Shown: piece by piece, positions 56,092-64,000 of the stretch | Numbering within the stretch: the first letter of the stretch is position 1 | Layout of the letters: each line of letters opens with the position of its first letter | Source: Eledone cirrhosa | Lineage: Eukaryota | Reading direction: 5' to 3' | NCBI GenBank assembly: GCA_964016885.1 | Contig: OZ024755.1 | Span: 37,138,001 to 37,202,000 of the forward strand | Length of the DNA: 64,000 nt | Notes under the pieces: generated by a model | Told to the model about the DNA's origin: nothing | Seen by the model: the letters and a program-made list of their open reading frames with translations, nothing else | Database searches by the model: none | Program-made: the position numbers and the translations under genes

Positions 56092-56202
56092 AATCAATTT
56101 CTAGTTGATATAAATGCTCGGATCTATTCATTGGAATCTTTGAGCATATTCTACAGTGGATATGGCACATGTCTCTCAGACATGACACCCTTAATTTAAT
56201 TT

Positions 56203-56308
<106 letters not shown>

Positions 56309-56399
56309 TGTGTTTGCTCGTGTGCGTGTATGTGTGTGTGTATGCGTGTGTATACTTAAACTAGTGAGGTACTTTATACATTCTATCTGCTCTGTTATT

Positions 56400-57095
56400 A
56401 TATTTAGAGGGTCTGACGCCATGCTTTGCAGCATAGAGTTACGGCTCTTTATGGTCTGAGTCATAATCCCGCCGAGGTTAACTTTGCCTTTCATCCTTAC
56501 GGGGTCGATAAAATAAAGTACCAGTAATACACTGAGATGCTAAAAGTAGAAACAATTACATTTAGAGGGTCTGACGCCTAGCTTTGCAGCATAGAGTTAC
56601 GGCTCTTTATGGTCTGAGTCAAAATCCCGCCGAGGTTAACTTTGCCTTTCATCCTTACGGGGTCGATAAAATAAAGTACCAGTAATACACTGAAATAATT
56701 GCTGGCCTTGTGCCAAAAGTAGAAACAAGTATATTTAGAGGGTCTGACGCCAAGCTTTGCAGCATAGAGTTACAGCTCTTTGTGGTCTGAGTTAAAATCC
56801 CGCCGAGGTTAACTTTGCCTTTCATCCTTACGGGGTCGATAAAATAAAGTACCAGTAATGCACTGAGTAATTGCTGGCCTTGTGCCAAAAGTAGAAACAA
56901 TCATATTTAGAGGCGTAACTCTATGCTGCAAAGCTAGGCGTCAGAACGCCAAGCTTTGCAGCATATAGTTACGGCTCTTTATGGTCTGTGTTAAAATCCC
57001 GCCTTTCATCCTTACGGGGTCGATAAAATAAAGTACCAGTAATACACTTGGATAATTGCTGGCCTTGTGCCAAAAGTAGAAACAATCATATTTAA
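56400..57095 (+). mobile_element. Tandem array of 5'-truncated SINE copies
   Basis: Units begin atttagagggtctgacgcc at about 56402, 56560 and 56733, with a rearranged fourth unit from about 56905. Confidence 0.8.
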
Positions 57096-57399
57096 GTGGA
57101 GTAGCAATGGTGTTGGCCGCGTCATTATCAAGCTTGTTTATTTGTATTTGTCTCCTTATAAATATATTACTATATATCTTAGTGCATTTCTCAAACATTT
57201 TCCAAGCAATTAGTGTGTATTTGGTGCATATCTGGTTTTGTTGGAGTCTTTATAGTGTATTATACTGAAAGCGTGTATATAATATATTTAATTAGTTGTC
57301 AAGTAGGTCTGATTACAATTATGTGTGCACTGGTGTGTGTCGGACTTTCTAGTATTCTTTGTTGCCGGGTGGATATAATTAATGAATGATTGCGGCTAG

Positions 57400-57465
<66 letters not shown>

Positions 57466-57477
57466 GTATATATATAC

Positions 57478-57529
<52 letters not shown>

Positions 57530-57542
57530 GTATATATATACG

Positions 57543-57589
<47 letters not shown>

Positions 57590-57730
57590 GTATATGAAAA
57601 CAGGGAGAAAAAGACGATTATTAGGAAGAAAAAAATATTTTTTTCCCTTTTTCTTTCTTTCTCTCTTTTTTTCTGGGTTAGAAAATGATTAAAACGTATA
57701 TATATATATGTATACACACACACACACACA

Positions 57731-57773
<43 letters not shown>

Positions 57774-57872
57774 ACACACATATATATATGCATGTATGTG
57801 TGTATATATATATATGTGTGTATGTATATATATATGTACATATATGTGTGTGTGTGTGTATATATATAAATA

Positions 57873-57965
<93 letters not shown>

Positions 57966-58530
57966 ATATACATATATATATATATGTGTGTGTGTATATA
58001 TATATTACTCTTTTACTCTTTTACCTGTTTCAGCCATCCGGCTGAGGCCATGCTGGGGCACCGCAGAATATATAAATATATAAATATATAATTGTTTATT
58101 CCGTGTAAATTGTGTTGTTGTTATATGTGTGTACTTGGGGGACTGGTGGTAAATATGTTCAGATGTGAACCTGGTGGTGTGTACATTGCCACATGCAATG
58201 TTTGTAGAGATATGTAATCGATAGTTAGTATTTTTATAGCGGTAACTCCAGTAAACGATCAGTTCTTTGGATTGTAGGCCGTCGGGTTGTCACTCTCTAT
58301 ACATCTTCAGAATAGTTGAGTTCGTTTACGGTTAAGTGAAGCTATATGTGTGCTTAATGCAGGTAATTATGACCAAATCTCTCTCTATATGTTAGGACAA
58401 TGACGCTAGAAATAGCAGCCAAAACAAATACAACAAACATGTCTAAATCAACTCTACAATGTAAGAATTGTTAATATTGATTAAAATGTTATTTGTCTCT
58501 AATATGTAATATATATATATATATATATAT

Positions 58531-59092
58531 AAAGAAAAAGGGATGAAATCGAAAATGCAACTGAAGTCTTATTTTTTTAAAAAATATATATATTTATTTG
58601 GTTCCTTTACCGGTTTCGCAGTTCTTCTGCTTTTCAAAAGGTGAGTTGAGATGGAGGGTCTGTGGTTTTTCTCACATCTGAAAAGTGCGTTCCAGATGGA
58701 TCTAGCTATCACATCGTGTAAATCACAGTAGTCAAATCCAGGATTTTCAACAATGGAGAAGATTTAACTATCTGTGTTTACACAGCAAATGCAAATGTGT
58801 GAATGACTCGAAGCACGTGTTGCAATTTTTAAAAAAATACACACATCGTACCAGCGTCATCCGAGTGGCGTGAATAGGTTTATCAGATGTGAGAAAAACC
58901 ACAGACCCTCCATCTCAACTCACCTTTTGAAAAGCAGAAGAACTGCGAAACCGGTAAAGGAACCAAATAAATATATATATTTTTTTAAAAAATAAGACTT
59001 CAGTTGCATTTTCGATTTCATCTCTTTTTCTTTATACTTCCACTCGTGTAGGACACCTCGGTTATTTTTCATTTTGTAAAAAAAAACCTCAC

Positions 59093-59098
<6 letters not shown>
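58531..59098. mobile_element. Fold-back element in (TA)n with a U3-A8 hammerhead (+, 58923-58960) and a captured 202-bp insert
   Basis: Arms 58531-58681 and 58883-59033 are inverted. The hammerhead reads cctt TTGAAAA gcag-aagaa-ctgc GAAA ccgg TA aagg. Other copies lie at about 26155-26297 (+) and 33763-33971 (-). Confidence 0.8.
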
Positions 59099-59138
<40 letters not shown>

Positions 59139-59336
59139 AATTTTTTAATATAAGGAACTGTTTCTTTGTTTTTATTCATTATTTTTATTAATTTAATATA
59201 CGTCAATATTCATCTTTTTCCATTTATCTGAGAGTTCTAAACCCCATTATCAGACTAAAATCTCGTTAGTTGAAAAGTACGGTGAAAGCTATTCTATTTT
59301 CTAATTTCAAACCCCTGCTCACTGTTTCAAAACATA

Positions 59337-59410
<74 letters not shown>

Positions 59411-59593
59411 TAAACGGAGGAAAAGAAAATGGTGACAAATTGTTCACAGTGAAAATTAGTTTAATTAGGAATAAGTGAAAATTAGTAATAGTATTGGTTA
59501 GTATTCAGTTTTGGTTTTAAGTTTTACCGGTGCGCATTTCTAATGCTTTTCAAAAATAATTTTGAGATAGAACGTCCGTGATGTTTGCTCTAA

Positions 59594-59723
<130 letters not shown>

Positions 59724-60119
59724 ACGAGGGAGTTGTGGTAAGGAACCAGATGGACCATAACGCACCAGAGTACTCAATACTTAGGGAAGTATAGTGGATA
59801 ATAGGAAAATGTATGACCCCGACTAGAAATAGCCGTCGAAACGGCTTGAGCTCTGCCGTCGGGGTCATAGATTTTCCTATGTATATATATATATATATAT
59901 ATTTATATAAGGGATAACAAAATATCGTTATAGGTAATCCAGTTATAGGTTGTGAATACTTCTTATTATGGATAGTTTTAGCGTACGGCGTTGTTTAACC
60001 CAACAAGAGGTTTACGTAGATGGCGAGTTTATGGTTTCACTTGTATTCCTATGTAAGTTTATGGAGTAATAAAATTGAAAAAGTGAAGAATAACATGGTC
60101 AACAGTACAAAAAAAAAAT

Positions 60120-60997
60120 CCTGATTCACAAAAGAGATAGGGATGCAGGCAAAACATCTAGATGTGATAACAAGTGCAGACTCTGCAGAACTAACATCGA
60201 GGATATCACCCATGTCATCAGCAGCTGTCCAAAGATGTCATCGCGGTACTATCTACCTATGAGGCATGATGTAGTGGCCAAAACACTGTACAATGCAGTT
60301 CGTAAAAAAGATAGCCCCGATAATAAACACATTAAAAGCTACAACAATGTGGAAGACATCCATGTACATAATATGAAAGAGTACTGGTGGAATGTTCCAG
60401 TAAAATCCCCAATAAAATGCAGGCATAACAGACCAGATATTATGATATGAGACAGGGAGAAGAAAACATGCACAGTAGTGGAAATTAGCTGCCCAGCAGA
60501 TGCCAATATAATATCAAAGATTAGTGAAAAGGAGAATATTTACGCAGAACTGATGAGAAATCTGCAGATACTCGACCCTGATTACACCTTCAGATTTATG
60601 CCTGTGATTATTGGGGCACTGGGATATGTTAGTAACTGCCTCAATACAAATCTTGAGAAGCTAGGCTTCACAGGGACAGAAAGAACACAACTAGTTAGGA
60701 AATTACAAGTACAATCCATTAATGGAACAGTAAAAATATGTAAAACATTCCAAAAATGTTGCATCTAATAACTGCATATACACATGTACAGATACAAAGC
60801 ATATACACATGCACACATACAACTCAAAACATACACATCCACACATACAATAACATCCATATCTACACATCCATGCATACATACATATCTACCTAGTTGA
60901 TGTTGTGTAAATTCCAATGAAAGAGTCTTGTGTCAATGTTAAAAACCGACTCTCTCTCTATTGGTAAAATTTTGTGAAATTATAAAACCAGAAGAAC
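60120..60997 (+). mobile_element. R4/Dong-like LINE 3' fragment, (ACAT)n-associated family B
   Basis: CCHC knuckle CRLCRTNIEDITHVISSC, then HNRPDIMI* ... EISCPAD ... MPVIIGALG (in-frame stop at about 60448). The 3' UTR ends in (ACAT)n. Partial copies at 20228-20555 (+) and 53628-53960 (-). Confidence 0.85.
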
Positions 60998-61644
60998 ATA
61001 CATACACACACACAGACAGACACACACACATACATACATACATACATACATACATACATACATACATACATACATACATACATACATACATACATACATA
61101 CATACATACATGATGGCTGCCACCTCGTTATCGAGTATGGCCATTGCACGATATACCATTATTAATAATTATTAATTAATTCTATCGTGCAATGCTTGTG
61201 CGTGAAAATATTTTTTAAAGTGAGGAAAGACTGTGCACTGAGCCAATCCCACTCTCTGAGCGACAGTAGCTATAACCCGAAAAGAAGAAAATATCTACAT
61301 CATCGGTAACTACTGAGCCGCAGGTTTTATATCGGGGTTATCCCAGTCTCCTGAGTTGCCTTCTCCTAGAAGAATACCCTGACAAAGGCTAGGGGTCCTT
61401 CACTCCCAGTGGTTTAACTGCGCGGTACATGTGTATATACATATTTACACAATTTCGAATGGCTGTTTACTCTTATGAGTTCTTCCGCTCTTTGTCAGGT
61501 TTTGTTTTTTGTCCTGCAGGGTGTCCAAAATCAACCTCCTCACCAAGCAAACTTGGCGGGGTTGCCGGTGTAGTTGCCGACGACCCGACCATGCGACACT
61601 TTGTACTGGGTTACATGTTACCAGTAGCACTCAAGAGTGACCCG

Positions 61645-61675
<31 letters not shown>

Positions 61676-62571
61676 TATATTCTAATAAATGAAACAGAGC
61701 TCCGTCGGGTTTGATGATGAGTGTTCCACGCGCTCGGCCAACCGAAAAGCCTGTTCATGAAATTACCCAGTAGATTGCTAAGAATTCCGCAAGCACTGGA
61801 ATCCTGAACATAATTCTCCGCAGATTCAGCATGATACCGTCTGTTTTAAAGCTGGCCCTTTGAATTACAAATACAGTCCATCATACTGGCTTCGAAATAG
61901 TTTCCATATACCAGATAGCATAGGTCAACCTGAGGTTATGTTAAATGACAATTGCTTCAGGTACCAAGTAGTGTGATTGAATCAGGGAAAGAATGGTTTC
62001 TGATACAGGGACAAAGTCAACAATTTTTTTGAGAAGTGGATGTCGATTAAATTGAACCTACTACATTACTGGTACTTTACATTATATGATCTCGTAAGGT
62101 TGAAAGTCAAAGCTAACCTGGGCGGTATTTGAACTCAGAACGTAAAGGGACCTATCTCTATGCTGCAAAGCATGTTGTCTGGCTCTCTACCGATTCTCTC
62201 AATCCACCACCCTAATTTAGGAAATAATTATTGGTTTCTTATATAGGCACAAGGCCAGCAATTTTCGGGGAGGGGAAAGTCGATTAAATCGACTCCAGTT
62301 CGTGACTGGTACTTTATTTTATCGACCCCGTAAGGATGAAAGGCAAAGTTAACCTTGGCGGGATTTGAACTCAGATCATAAAGGGCCATAACTCTATGCT
62401 GCAAAGCATGGCGTCCGACCCTCTACCGATACTGCCAATCCACCGCAAATAATTATTGCAAAGTTGGCTCCTTAACCATTCGGTTATGTACCCTATGTTA
62501 ACTTACTTATAAATACGTATTTTTCTCTCTTAACAATTAACTAACCATTTGTTTTGTCTTTTCTTTTGCAG

Positions 62572-62585
62572 GCAACGTTGAATAA
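62572..62585 (+). CDS. Putative terminal coding exon of the neuropeptide precursor (adds ...GNVE*)
   Basis: Branch-point-like CTAAC at 62541-62545, then a polypyrimidine tract and TTTTGCAG acceptor ending at 62571. Joining the phase-1 G at 14966 to GC AAC GTT GAA TAA gives G-N-V-E-stop. A repeat-free, AT-rich, UTR-like tract follows. Confidence 0.55.
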
Positions 62586-63100
62586 ATTTACAAGTTCTGG
62601 GAAGCCATTATTGTTACCTCATGAATCACATGAACAACCAAATATAAATACATTAAGTATGAGAAGTAGAGTAAGATGAAAGACGTAAACAACATCAGCA
62701 ACAACTACTAAACAATAATATATGTGAAAAGATAATACAGATTTGTTCGTGATACTATAAGGCGATGAAAAAAAAAGAACAAAAAAACACAGATTTGATT
62801 GACATGAAAAACAAACAGTCGGGCAACGGCATGTCACAACATTAAAAGCAATTATTTTATTTTCCAATTTTTAAGATCTCTCTTGATGAAACACTACACA
62901 CTGTTAAATAAATTATTATTTAAGATTATTGGAATTTCTTATCGTTTTTCTTACTTCTTAACCGTTTTATATATCTTTTAAAATATAATTAAGTTGGAGT
63001 TAGAAACAATTTAAATTTTCTTTCAGCAGAACAACATACAATAAAGTGAAACCATAACTGAAACACAATCTACAATAAATCTTACATATATTTAATTTTT
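62586..63100 (+). other. Putative 3' UTR with polyadenylation signals
   Basis: Unique AT-rich sequence free of microsatellites and SINEs; AATAAA at 63040-63045 and 63074-63079, followed by T-rich sequence. Confidence 0.45.
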
Positions 63101-64000
63101 TTATATGCTGACCTGATTATTTTCGCTATTGAGCTTTTCTTTAGGTGTCAAGCTGTTTAATTCGTGAAAACAATTGTTTTAACAGGTTTTTATACGTGTT
63201 TAATTCTTGCTTTTAGTATCAGAAAGATAAACATTTATCACAAACAATTTAGTCCTTTTATATACAGTTTAAATTTTACCTTTACCTTTCAGTTATAACT
63301 TCCATTCAACTAATATTTCACTCAGTATGTTGTATTCCATATTCTCTATTTTTTTTTCTACTCTTGCCAATAATAGATGTTAAAAATAATAGCCTTTTAC
63401 AACAAATGATATACAGTCCATCTACATAATACTAAAAGTCTGTGATTGCTTGCTTGCTTGTCTGTAATGCAATACAGCCAAAAGGGCGCATAATGGAAAA
63501 ATACTTTGAAAGGAAGTTGCCCTGAAATAGGAATACAAATGGAATAAAACAAGTTTCGCGTAAATCGGATCAAGGGGTTCCCGAGATATAGGGTTTTTCC
63601 GGTTACCTTCATAAACAGAAAGAGAGAGAAAGAGACAGATGAAGAGATAGTGGTTGTGAGAGAGTAGATTGAAAGAGAGACAGAGGGAGAGGAGACAGAG
63701 AAGAAGAATGGAAGAGAGAGAGAGCTGGTCGCGTTGTTGTGTGCATATATATATATATGTGAGTGTGTGTGTGTATATATATGTGTGTGTGTGTGTGTCT
63801 ATGACCAGTGTATATAGATCGCAGACACCCATATACGTATATATATATACACGCACACATACATATATATATATTTACAAACACACACATTTATATATAC
63901 ATACACACACGTATATATATGGGCATTCCAGTTTCATTTCATATTATATACATGTTTGTGTATATTAGAATTATTAAAAAAAATATATTTTGAAGTGAAT

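Overview
AT-rich, microsatellite-dense eukaryotic DNA, most likely from a cephalopod (octopus); this is inferred from the neuropeptide and the repeat types. One host gene is supportable: a + strand buccalin/allatostatin-A-type neuropeptide precursor (ATG at 13643) with a signal peptide and 28 (M)DPxxF/YGxL-amide-type copies. Its coding exon probably splices across a ~47.6-kb intron (14967-62571) to a tiny terminal coding exon and 3' UTR at 62572. The rest is simple repeats and mobile DNA: tRNA-derived SINEs, RTE and R4/Dong-like LINE fragments, mariner and DD37D remnants, a Helitron and a hAT MITE. The most unexpected signal is a set of at least eight unrelated short non-coding elements that sit inside (TA)n tracts, are mostly fold-back (inverted) pairs, and carry type-I hammerhead ribozyme motifs resembling Penelope-like element termini. 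Two of these families have the compensatory U3-A8 core variant, several motifs lie sense-strand in the putative neuropeptide intron, and one fold-back holds an exact 202-bp copy of DNA from 4.2 kb upstream. All calls are by eye; element boundaries are approximate.
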